Below, piece by piece: positions 38,113 through 46,435 of a stretch of DNA of 57,008 nucleotides. The notes beneath the pieces are model-generated. The model was not told the origin of the DNA. It ran no database searches and was given only the letters and a program-made list of their open reading frames with translations. Positions within the stretch are counted from its first letter, which is position 1. The number at the start of each line of letters is the position of its first letter. Made by a program: the position numbers and the translations under genes. Source of the stretch: Mageeibacillus sp. UBA1046 (GTDB lineage Bacteria; Bacillota; Clostridia; Saccharofermentanales; DTU023); the NCBI GenBank assembly GCA_002316595.1, contig DCDV01000006.1, forward strand, positions 1,217 to 58,224. The letters are read 5' to 3'.

Positions 38113-38218
38113 CTTCTGTTCCGGCTTCAAGACCACCATCAAAAGCCCCTGACTTCTGTTCGAGCTTCAAAGACCAATCCCCCCATGCCCCGACTTCTGT
38201 TCGAGCCTCGCAAACTTC
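38113..38218. repeat. 3 x about 40-bp tandem units (CTTCTGTTC-GAGCTTCAAAGACC core)
   Basis: Cores start at 38113, 38153 and 38194, in the intergenic region between convergent genes. Confidence 0.75.
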
Positions 38219-38322
38219 GCCACAGAAATCCGGTCTCACTTTTGAGCGTCTTAGCCACAGAAATCCGGTCTCCCTTTTGAGGTCTTTGCCACAGAGGCCC
38301 GGTCTCATTTTTAAGCGTCTTC
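38219..38322. repeat. 3 x 34-35-bp tandem repeat GCCACAGAAATCCGGTCTCACTTTTGAGCGTCTTA
   Basis: Units at 38219..38253, 38254..38287 and 38288..38322. Confidence 0.9.
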
Positions 38323-38332
38323 GCCGGCTTAA

Positions 38333-39121
38333 CTAATTGTATATTTTGCCGACTACCCAGTTGCTCAGGCGCAATGGCAGAAATTTATTGAGCAGTGTGA
38401 GGAATTTGTATGAGAGGCCTACAACCGTTTGAGGCGGAGGATTCTTTCGGGTAGCAAGGCGATAGATAACTCTGGCAACAGTATCCGGATGCTTGCCTTT
38501 TCTCTCGTCAGCAGACATCTTGTCAACCGAAGCTGCAGCCTTCTCGCGATAAAAGGATGGCTCGCTGATGTTATGTACTCTGTTGTCGGTAAAAGGGGTA
38601 GCTGTATCACCGGGCAAAACAGTCAGAGCGCGCAATCCTCCCTCTTTTATTTCATTGTCCAAAGCCAGGAAAGCTGACTGCAAAGCCGCTTTGGATGCAC
38701 TATACAGGGACTGATAAGGGATTGCTATTGTTCCCGCTACTGAAGAGACTGCGATCAACCGTCCTTTGCTCTCTCTCAGGGCGGGCAATGCCGCCTTGGC
38801 CAGCCTCATGGCGCCATGAAAATTTATATCTATCTGACGCAGGGCATCCTGCTCTTTGGTTCCTTCCAGACTGCCGGAAATACCAAAGCCGGCATTAGCG
38901 ATACAGACATCTATTCTGCCTTCTTCTTGCAGAATTATCTTCAGTGCTGCTTCTATCTGTTCCTCAGCGCTGACATCGCAAGGAATATGATTTACTTTAG
39001 CCTGATCGCCCGCTCTGCGCGACAGACTGTAGACTTTATATCCGTGCTGGAGGAAATATCTGGCGGTAGCCAGTCCTATGCCGCTCGATCCGCCGGTTAT
39101 TACCGCAACTTTCTTCGTCAT
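38333..39121 (-). CDS. SDR family oxidoreductase
   Basis: TGGSSGIGLATA Rossmann motif, NAGFG, and catalytic YSASKAAL. Confidence 0.9.
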   Translation of the reverse strand: MTKKVAVITGGSSGIGLATARYFLQHGYKVYSLSRRAGDQAKVNHIPCDVSAEEQIEAALKIILQEEGRIDVCIANAGFGISGSLEGTKEQDALRQIDINFHGAMRLAKAALPALRESKGRLIAVSSVAGTIAIPYQSLYSASKAALQSAFLALDNEIKEGGLRALTVLPGDTATPFTDNRVHNISEPSFYREKAAASVDKMSADERKGKHPDTVARVIYRLATRKNPPPQTVVGLSYKFLTLLNKFLPLRLSNWVVGKIYN

Positions 39122-39276
39122 GGCTTCTACCCTTCCTTATCGTCTTCGACACATCCGTGTGGTTACTTCCATAATACGTTCTCTTATGTAACACGATTGA
39201 GCAGTTGACCGATACACAGCAAATATTCATTACCAAATGATATTGTATGGTCTTATGGTAAAGATTGCCAATACTA

Positions 39277-39353
39277 AGAAAAATTTGCGAGTTCCCTCTA
39301 CTAGTAGAAAATTTAATGTGTTTCCTCTGCTGAGAAAATTAATTAGTTTCCTC
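39277..39353. repeat. three direct repeats AGAAAA(A)TT-N7/8-GTTYCCTC (27-29 bp spacing)
   Basis: Units at 39277..39298, 39306..39327 and 39333..39353, ending 6 nt before the candidate -35 of the TCS operon. Confidence 0.8.
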
Positions 39354-39358
39354 GTGCA

Positions 39359-39389
39359 TTGTCGCCTCATATTCTTCATATGATATAAT
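39359..39389 (+). promoter_or_regulatory. candidate promoter of the walR-like operon
   Basis: TTGTCG, a 19-nt spacer, then extended -10 TGaTATAAT (39381..39389). The spacer is longer than optimal. Confidence 0.4.
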
Positions 39390-39434
39390 TATGCAAATAT
39401 ATCTCTATTTCCCGCAGGCTGAAGGGAGTGAAAT

Positions 39435-40139
39435 ATGGATCTGAAAATATTGGTTGTTGATGACGAACCGAATATCGTTGATATTTTGGAAGAGAATTTA
39501 TCTCGTGAGGGCTATACGATCCTCAAAGCATACGAAGGTGCAACGGCACTGCAGATAGCAATGGACGAGCAGCCCGATTTGATTTTATTGGATTGCATGT
39601 TGCCCCGCATAGACGGCTTTGAAGTTTGTAAGCGGATCCGCCAGAAGTCCTCAGTTCCAATCATTATGCTCACAGCTAAGAGTGAAGAAATCGATAAGGT
39701 TTTGGGTTTGGAGCTGGGTGCGGATGATTATATAACTAAACCTTTCAGCGTCAGGGAAGTACTGGCCCGCGTACGGGCGCTTTTCAGAAGAGTTCAATAT
39801 AGTGAAAACGAACAGATTGACTCCGATCAGGTCCTGATCTTTGGTGATCTGGAGATTGATCAGGCCGGTTATCAGGTCACTTATAAGGGAAATCCTGTTG
39901 AATTGACATTGCGGGAATTTGAGCTGGTCCGCTTTCTGGCCAGACATGAAGGACAGGTTTTCTCGCGGGAAGAATTACTGGAGAAGGTCTGGGGCTATGA
40001 ATACTATGGGGATGTCAGGACAGTTGATGTTACTGTTCGACGCACCAGAGAGAAGCTTGAACCTGATCAGAATCACTACCAATATTTGCTGACAAAACGT
40101 GGTGTTGGCTATTATTTCTCGAAGGATCATAACAACTAA
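39435..40139 (+). CDS. walR: OmpR-family response regulator, WalR/VicR-like
   Basis: Close resemblance to WalR throughout (ILVVDDE, PDLILLDCMLP, PIIMLTAKSEEIDKVLGLELGADDYITKPFS, winged-helix C-terminus). Confidence 0.8.
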   Translation: MDLKILVVDDEPNIVDILEENLSREGYTILKAYEGATALQIAMDEQPDLILLDCMLPRIDGFEVCKRIRQKSSVPIIMLTAKSEEIDKVLGLELGADDYITKPFSVREVLARVRALFRRVQYSENEQIDSDQVLIFGDLEIDQAGYQVTYKGNPVELTLREFELVRFLARHEGQVFSREELLEKVWGYEYYGDVRTVDVTVRRTREKLEPDQNHYQYLLTKRGVGYYFSKDHNN

Positions 40140-40145
40140 ACATAA

Positions 40146-41495
40146 ATGAACACAGCTGAAACCGTTCTCTTAACTGTAATTATTACAACAGCGATCTGTA
40201 TGGTCGCTGTCTTTGTATGGTTTCGCTACCACAGCCAAACCAGGAATAAACGTGTCATGAAAGTGATAGACCAGGTACGTACCGAGCGAGTTGAGTCACA
40301 GAGAATTCTGGCGGCTCTGGAACTGGGGATAGTGGCTTATGGCAGTGATGAACATTTATTGACGGCGAATAGAATGGCCCGCACCATGCTTAATGAAATT
40401 CCGGAACTGTTTCTGGATTTTTGTCAGCTGTACGGGGGGAAAAATGGCATTCATGTTGCTATTCTTCTAGGGAATGATAATGTATCCGGTATCTATCCTG
40501 CAGGGGAACGCTTCTACCGCGTTACAATACAGAGCCAGAAACTTGGCAGCAGTAACCAAAGACGCTATGGACATATTGTCATGATCCAAGATATCACTGC
40601 ACAGGAAAACGAGGAAAAAAGAAGAAAAGAATTTGTCGCAAATGTCTCACACGAACTGAAAACGCCGCTGACTACGATCAAGTCCTGGTCGGAGTCGCTC
40701 TTAGAATGGGGCATAGACGAGAAGGACTCTGCCGGTATTAAAGCGGATGTCCAGAGAATCCATGATGATTCTATGCGTATGGACCAGCTGGTTACGGACC
40801 TGCTTCTGCTTTCGTCTATTGACAGCAAAGGGGTTTACGTGGATTTCCAGGCAGTTAATCTGGACACTGTCGCAAGATCAGTAACAGAAAGACTTATACC
40901 TCAGGCTGAGGATCACCATCAGGAACTGAGTTTTACCAGACTTGGTAAAATACCTTCGATATATGGCGATCGGGCAGCCTTGGAACGTATCTTTACCAAC
41001 CTGATCATCAACGCCATCAAGTATACTCACGATGGCGGAAAAATCTCCGTTTACGCTAATAGTCTGATTGATGAGGTCTATGTTAAAGTAGTTGACAATG
41101 GCAGAGGCATCAGAGAGGAATTCCGGGAGGAGATCTTCAAGCGGTTTTTTCGCCTGGATCCTACAGGCTCAAGGCAATATGGCGGAACAGGTCTTGGCCT
41201 CCCCATCGTACGCGAGCTGACTAATCTGCATAGAGGCAGAATCGAGCTGCAAAGCGAGGTCGACGAAGGCTGTGAGTTCATAGTTTTCATTCCCACTTTA
41301 ACCAAGGTGAGAAGTGACATTCTGATCGATCTGTCTGCGGGCAATATTATCGACGATCCATGCGGTCAAGCCGCTGAAAAAGATATTTACTCCTTTCTCA
41401 CTAAGAAAGGCGACATAGATTGGCCGCCGCGTCTGACCAGGAGTGAATGTGAGATTGTACTTAAAAAAATGAACGAAAATATTAAGTACGGTTAA
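40146..41495 (+). CDS. walK: sensor histidine kinase, WalK/VicK-like (single N-terminal TM, PAS, DHp, CA, about 70-aa C-terminal extension)
   Basis: One TM (aa 6-26). H-box EFVANVSHELKTPLTTIKSW, N-box NLIINAIKYT, G-boxes DNGRGI and GGTGLGLPIV. Confidence 0.75.
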   Translation: MNTAETVLLTVIITTAICMVAVFVWFRYHSQTRNKRVMKVIDQVRTERVESQRILAALELGIVAYGSDEHLLTANRMARTMLNEIPELFLDFCQLYGGKNGIHVAILLGNDNVSGIYPAGERFYRVTIQSQKLGSSNQRRYGHIVMIQDITAQENEEKRRKEFVANVSHELKTPLTTIKSWSESLLEWGIDEKDSAGIKADVQRIHDDSMRMDQLVTDLLLLSSIDSKGVYVDFQAVNLDTVARSVTERLIPQAEDHHQELSFTRLGKIPSIYGDRAALERIFTNLIINAIKYTHDGGKISVYANSLIDEVYVKVVDNGRGIREEFREEIFKRFFRLDPTGSRQYGGTGLGLPIVRELTNLHRGRIELQSEVDEGCEFIVFIPTLTKVRSDILIDLSAGNIIDDPCGQAAEKDIYSFLTKKGDIDWPPRLTRSECEIVLKKMNENIKYG

Positions 41496-41536
41496 TGTTC
41501 CCGGCTTGCTTATAACTTAGTTAAACGAGGTCTAAT

Positions 41537-42916
41537 GTGAATTGCTACAGAATAGAAGGCGGTAATCGTCTCAGTGGTGAAATAGAGATAAGCGGATCTA
41601 AGAACGCAGCGCTGGCAATTATCGGCGCAGCCATGACTCTTGACGGGCCCTGCCTGATCCATAATCTTCCTGATGTACGGGATGTGCAGATTTTCCTGTC
41701 AGTATGCTCAGAGATCGGTGCAGAAATCGAGATTCTGGGCAAGAATAAAGTCCGCTTAGATCCGACTACAATTACTAAACCCGAGGCAATATCCCCTAAA
41801 GTTTCCATGCTTAGAGGTTCTTATTATCTGCTGGGTGCCCTCCAGTCACGTTTTGGCTCATGCAAAGTCACTATGCCCGGAGGATGTGATCTCGGCGTCA
41901 GGCCAATCGACCTGCATCTCAAGGGATTCATGGCGATGGGATCAGATATTGATATCATATACCGCAATATCAATGACGAAGAGCTATGGTTCAGCTATGA
42001 CGGCGGAACGGATTCAATGCCTGATCAGGGAAGTCCGGACGACTTCACACTGGAGCCGGCTTTTATCCATTGCCAGAGCAAGAGCGGCAAAATGGAGCCT
42101 GCCAGCATCTTCCTGGACACAGTGAGTGTGGGAGCGACAGTAAATATTCTGCTTGCCGCTGTGAAGGCAGATGGTGTGACAGTAATTGATAACGCTGCCA
42201 GAGAACCGCATATCGTTGATGTAGCAAACTTTCTCAATACTATGGGAGCAGATATCAGAGGCGCCGGAACCGAGACGATCAGGATCAAAGGTAAACCCTA
42301 TTTGCCGGCTAACAAAGAATATATGATCATACCTGACCAGATAGAGGCCGGAACCTACATGATGATGGCCCCTCTGACCGGCGGGGATATCTCAGTAATG
42401 AATATTATTCCAACCCATATGGAGCCGCTGACGGCAAAGCTGCTGGAAATGGGCGTCGGTGTAGAAGAAGGCGAGGAGAGCATCTATGTGTATTCTCATA
42501 GTGGTCAGCCTTTGCTCCCCGCCAGCATCAAGACAATGCCCTATCCGGGCTTTCCGACCGATCTGCAGCCTCAGATCACTGCTCTCCTCTGCCATGCTGA
42601 TGGCACCAGCCGTGTTATAGAAACCGTCTGGGAGAATCGCTTTGGCTATGTCTCTGAACTGAGCAAGATGGGGGCGAACATAGTTACCTCAGGCAGGCTG
42701 GCTGTAATTACCGGAGGTGTAAAGTTATCCGGAGCAACTGTGAGAGCCTTGGATTTGCGGGGCGGCATGGCTGTGACTATGGCCGGCCTGGCAGCTCAAG
42801 GTGAAACTATTGTAGAGAATATCAGTGTTATTGACCGCGGTTATGAGAACGCTGTGGAAAAGATCAGATCCCTAGGAGGAAATATAACCGTTTTTGAAAA
42901 GGAAGTTGTCAGGTGA
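41537..42916 (+). CDS. murA: UDP-N-acetylglucosamine 1-carboxyvinyltransferase (paralogue 1, with about 30-aa insertion)
   Basis: GTG start. ISGSKNAAL. Active-site loop MPGGCDLGVRPIDLH (Cys present). PYPGFPTDLQPQ. Confidence 0.9.
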   Translation: MNCYRIEGGNRLSGEIEISGSKNAALAIIGAAMTLDGPCLIHNLPDVRDVQIFLSVCSEIGAEIEILGKNKVRLDPTTITKPEAISPKVSMLRGSYYLLGALQSRFGSCKVTMPGGCDLGVRPIDLHLKGFMAMGSDIDIIYRNINDEELWFSYDGGTDSMPDQGSPDDFTLEPAFIHCQSKSGKMEPASIFLDTVSVGATVNILLAAVKADGVTVIDNAAREPHIVDVANFLNTMGADIRGAGTETIRIKGKPYLPANKEYMIIPDQIEAGTYMMMAPLTGGDISVMNIIPTHMEPLTAKLLEMGVGVEEGEESIYVYSHSGQPLLPASIKTMPYPGFPTDLQPQITALLCHADGTSRVIETVWENRFGYVSELSKMGANIVTSGRLAVITGGVKLSGATVRALDLRGGMAVTMAGLAAQGETIVENISVIDRGYENAVEKIRSLGGNITVFEKEVVR

Positions 42917-43719
42917 AAATGGTGGGATACCTCAGAACAAGTGCCTTGCGTTCAGGTTCCAGCGGCAACTCGATCTTGGTTTCATCTGATCAGAGTTCTG
43001 TGCTGATTGATACCGGAATAACCGGTAAAGGACTGGCGTGTGCGCTGAAAGATTTGGACGAGAGTCCGGATAAACTCAAAGGAATCCTCATTACACACGA
43101 ACACTGTGACCATATATCCGGTCTTGGCGTGATACTCAGACGTTATAAAATCCCGCTTTTTATCAATAAGGACACCCTCAAAGCCGCAATGCCCTCGCTG
43201 GGGAAATTTGATCCTGATCTGATCAGGGTTATTTACCCTGAAGAGAAAATCCAGATTGATGACTTGGAAATCATGGCCTTTCCCGTCTCGCATGACGCGG
43301 CCGCTCCTGTCGGCTATACCATAAGCTCTGAGCGGGGTTCGGTTGGCATTTGCACTGATCTGGGCTACACGGATGAGCGGGTTTACAAAGCGCTGGCAGG
43401 CAGCAAGCTTTGTTATCTGGAAGCGAATTATGATCAGGAATTACTAAAGCTGGGCAGCTACCCTCTTAGACTGAAGGAACGGATTGCCAGCCATCACGGG
43501 CATCTGTCCAATGATGAGAGCGGACTGGCCTGTATTCGCCTGCTGGAGCAAGGCACGGAGAAGATCATCCTCTCGCATCTGTCGCTGGAGAACAACTTTC
43601 CCCATCTGGCCCTGCTGACCGTTAATGACGCCCTCACAAACGCAGGCGCTAAAGAAGGCCTGGACTACCAGCTGACTGCTGCCAGACGCTTCGATGTCTC
43701 GGAACCTCAAGAAATCTAA
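42913..43719 (+). CDS. MBL-fold metallo-hydrolase, YycJ/WalJ/VicX-like
   Basis: LRSGSSGNSILV and HEHCDH metal motif. GTGA overlap with the murA stop. Confidence 0.8.
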   Translation: MKMVGYLRTSALRSGSSGNSILVSSDQSSVLIDTGITGKGLACALKDLDESPDKLKGILITHEHCDHISGLGVILRRYKIPLFINKDTLKAAMPSLGKFDPDLIRVIYPEEKIQIDDLEIMAFPVSHDAAAPVGYTISSERGSVGICTDLGYTDERVYKALAGSKLCYLEANYDQELLKLGSYPLRLKERIASHHGHLSNDESGLACIRLLEQGTEKIILSHLSLENNFPHLALLTVNDALTNAGAKEGLDYQLTAARRFDVSEPQEI

Positions 43720-43884
43720 AAGCCTTCTAATGGTAAAGTCTTATTCTGAAGAGGCGGCCTTAGTGTTTTATAATGCATATGCAGCTTCTCATATGAATAT
43801 TGGAATGAGATTGATAAATACGCTAGACTTAAATATAGAGGGCAGTAGTTGGGGCCCTCAACAAGGTTATTGGAGGTTTGTCCT

Positions 43885-44475
43885 GTGAACCCTTTAGCGA
43901 CAATTACAATGCAGAATGGCAAAAAAATCGAAATAGAATTGTTGCCGGCCATTGCCTGCAACGAAGTTTCTAGTTTTATCTGGGCAGCGAATAAAGGCTA
44001 TTACGATCATCATACTATCGAAAGAATTGTTCCAGGCGCTTGGATAGACATGAGCTATACTGCTTTTCACCGTGAGGAGTGTAAGTATTTTTTACCAAAC
44101 CGGCTGTCAGAGAAGAATAATGTTCCTATACCGCAGGAGGGGGATCTTTGTTTAGGGTATTACTCCCCGACTGAGATCTCTGGAACTGAGTATTTCTTTC
44201 CGCTTTGTAAGTGTGATCATTTGCATTATAAATGTCCGGTAATAGGCAGGGTACTGTCGGGGATGGATGAAATCTACAGGATTGGAAAGGTAGCAACCAG
44301 GCCTGTAAAATATGAACCGGACCTCTGGATTGAAATAAATAAGCCGCTTGAACCTGAGATTGTTGCTTCAGTTACTGTTGACACTAAAGGAGTTTATTAT
44401 CAGGAACCGGAGAAACTGGCACAAATAGAATTTCCTGCGAGCTGGATATCAATTAAAGAGGTAACTGCTGACTAG
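43885..44475 (+). CDS. cyclophilin-fold protein with degenerate PPIase motifs
   Basis: ORF 43849..44475. GTG at 43885 lies 8 nt after GGAGG. TITMQNGKKIEIELLP...NKGYYDHHTIERIVPGAWIDM aligns with cyclophilins, but FMIQGG is replaced. Confidence 0.6.
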   Translation: MNPLATITMQNGKKIEIELLPAIACNEVSSFIWAANKGYYDHHTIERIVPGAWIDMSYTAFHREECKYFLPNRLSEKNNVPIPQEGDLCLGYYSPTEISGTEYFFPLCKCDHLHYKCPVIGRVLSGMDEIYRIGKVATRPVKYEPDLWIEINKPLEPEIVASVTVDTKGVYYQEPEKLAQIEFPASWISIKEVTAD

Positions 44476-44552
44476 AAAAAGACAATTACAGAGCGATGTT
44501 TGAATACCACTCTATCGACTTACTATTTTTAAAGTAAGTATTTTTGTACAAA

Positions 44553-44594
44553 CTAAAACGGCAAAACTCCTTTGCTGGAGTTATGCCGTTTTAG
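44553..44594. terminator. bidirectional terminator hairpin between convergent genes
   Basis: CTAAAACGGCA/TGCCGTTTTAG (11 bp) plus AACTCC/GGAGTT (6 bp). T-rich flanks on both strands. Confidence 0.65.
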
Positions 44595-44634
44595 ATTCTT
44601 TACAGCTTAAAGAACTGCTGATGCGATCCGGAAA

Positions 44635-46434
44635 TTATACTGCCTGAGCGGCACGTCTTTCAGGACTCTCTTCTAATAGTGTCAGATTCTTATCCAGCTT
44701 TACCCCATAATCTTCTTTAGCCTGCTCAATGCTGATATAGCCGTTCTTGACATCAGATATGACGGACGAAGTTTTACGCAGCAGGGGATTGCCATATCCA
44801 CCACCAGTGGCACAGACCATGCGGACATAATCGCCTTTGTTTAATACCTTTCTGGCAACAATACCAAAAGGACCTTCCTTAGTACCGTCTTTGCGGAAGA
44901 TCTCAAAATAATTATATGATCCGTTGGATCCTCCGGCAGCACCCCAGACGGGGAGTTTGTTTCTGCCAAATGAAGCCGTGAACAGCTGGCCATCTTCCAT
45001 GGCGCGATAGATCCTGACTGCTCCGCTGCCGCCGCGATATTCACCGCTTCCGGCACCATCTGTATTCAGACTGTATTCATCAATCATGATGCCATAGCGG
45101 CGTTCTGCCATTTCAACCGGCACATTGTATGTTTCGCCGTCCCCGACACAAAACTGACCAACTTCACCATCCTTGCCAAGGCTTGCTCCCCAGCCGCCGC
45201 CGGTGGGTTCAACAATCAAAAATTGTTCACCACTGAGGTGATGCTTTCCTGATAAGACAACAGAACAGACTGAGAGCAGATGTCCGGCTCCGAGATTTTT
45301 AGGGAATTCAGCTGCCATGGCTTGCCAGATAACATCAATAGCATAAAGCATGCTTTCGTAATATGTAGAAGTGGGAGCCGGTCTCGTGCAATTCAATACT
45401 GAATTTTCTTCGGAGATAATTCTTAAGGGCCTGAAGACTCCATCATTGACATCCAGCTCGGGATTCAGCATTGCCATGTAGACTGTCTTCACAGCTGCTT
45501 CAAGTGAACTGGTACCTGTATTAACCGGACTGGCAACTTGAGGACTGCTTCCAGTAAAATCAGCGATGAATTCATCATCAGTTATCGTCACCTTGACTTT
45601 GATTTTTACCAGGTTGCCGTGCCCGTCGTCATCCATATAGTCTTCTGCCTCCCAGCTGCCTTTAGGAAATTCCTTTAAACGCTGATTGGCCAGCTGCTCT
45701 CCCTGATCGAGCAAACGCTTCATAGCTAATAGCAAAGTGTCGACACCATATTTGTCCGCTAACTGATTAAGCCTGTTGGCACCAGTGCGCAATGATGCAA
45801 TCTGTCCCCACATATCACCTGTTGCCTGATCAGGAAATCTGACATTAGAGCGCAGGATCCCTTCCAGCTGAGGATTTAACTTACCTTCCTTGACAAGTTT
45901 TAGGCCGGAAAAACAAAGTCCTTCTTGATAGACCTCAGTACTGTCAGTAGTAAAAGATCCCGCAGCCATACCGCCGACATCACTCCAGTGAGCTTTATTG
46001 CCTACAAAGGCAATAAGCTTGTCACCATGAAAGACCGGCATGGCCATGCCTATATCTGATAAATGTGATCCGCCTCCCAGATAAGGATCATTAATAATAA
46101 ATACATCGCCCGGATGCATGTTCTTGGCACCATGCATGGCAATAAGTTCTTTGATAAGGGGTGAAAGTAGTCCAATGAAGCCACATGCTCCATTACCCTG
46201 CGTAAGAAGATTTCCTTCCGCATCAGCGATGCCGCTGGCGTAGTCAAGTGTTTCGTAAATTATAGGACTCATGGACGTGCGGGCAAAGGCATGGAAAACT
46301 TCATTGCCGACTGCCATAAGCGCATCCTTTGCAATGTCCAGGGTGACTTGGTCAATTCCAGTAACTGTACCGGCATCGTTTGTTATTTCTCCGGTAACTT
46401 TATTGTCATACATATCATCGTTCTTAGCAGTCAT
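44635..46434 (-). CDS. hydantoinase B/oxoprolinase family protein (pair 1)
   Basis: 599 aa. HyuB-like blocks NDPYLGGGSHLSDI, GGGWGA and ATGGGYGNP. Confidence 0.85.
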   Translation of the reverse strand: MTAKNDDMYDNKVTGEITNDAGTVTGIDQVTLDIAKDALMAVGNEVFHAFARTSMSPIIYETLDYASGIADAEGNLLTQGNGACGFIGLLSPLIKELIAMHGAKNMHPGDVFIINDPYLGGGSHLSDIGMAMPVFHGDKLIAFVGNKAHWSDVGGMAAGSFTTDSTEVYQEGLCFSGLKLVKEGKLNPQLEGILRSNVRFPDQATGDMWGQIASLRTGANRLNQLADKYGVDTLLLAMKRLLDQGEQLANQRLKEFPKGSWEAEDYMDDDGHGNLVKIKVKVTITDDEFIADFTGSSPQVASPVNTGTSSLEAAVKTVYMAMLNPELDVNDGVFRPLRIISEENSVLNCTRPAPTSTYYESMLYAIDVIWQAMAAEFPKNLGAGHLLSVCSVVLSGKHHLSGEQFLIVEPTGGGWGASLGKDGEVGQFCVGDGETYNVPVEMAERRYGIMIDEYSLNTDGAGSGEYRGGSGAVRIYRAMEDGQLFTASFGRNKLPVWGAAGGSNGSYNYFEIFRKDGTKEGPFGIVARKVLNKGDYVRMVCATGGGYGNPLLRKTSSVISDVKNGYISIEQAKEDYGVKLDKNLTLLEESPERRAAQAV

Positions 46435-46435
46435 G

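Noticed and set aside
37927-38308. ORFs 37927..38280 (+) and 38099..38308 (-) spanning the repeat array
   Set aside because: The first is out of frame over the 3' end of the CofE-like gene. Both derive their length from the repeats. They have no RBS and are low complexity.
39122-39434. Canonical WalR box TGTWAH-N5-TGTWAH
   Set aside because: Only half-site-like sequences are present (e.g. TGTAAC-N5-TGAGCA), with no full match on either strand.
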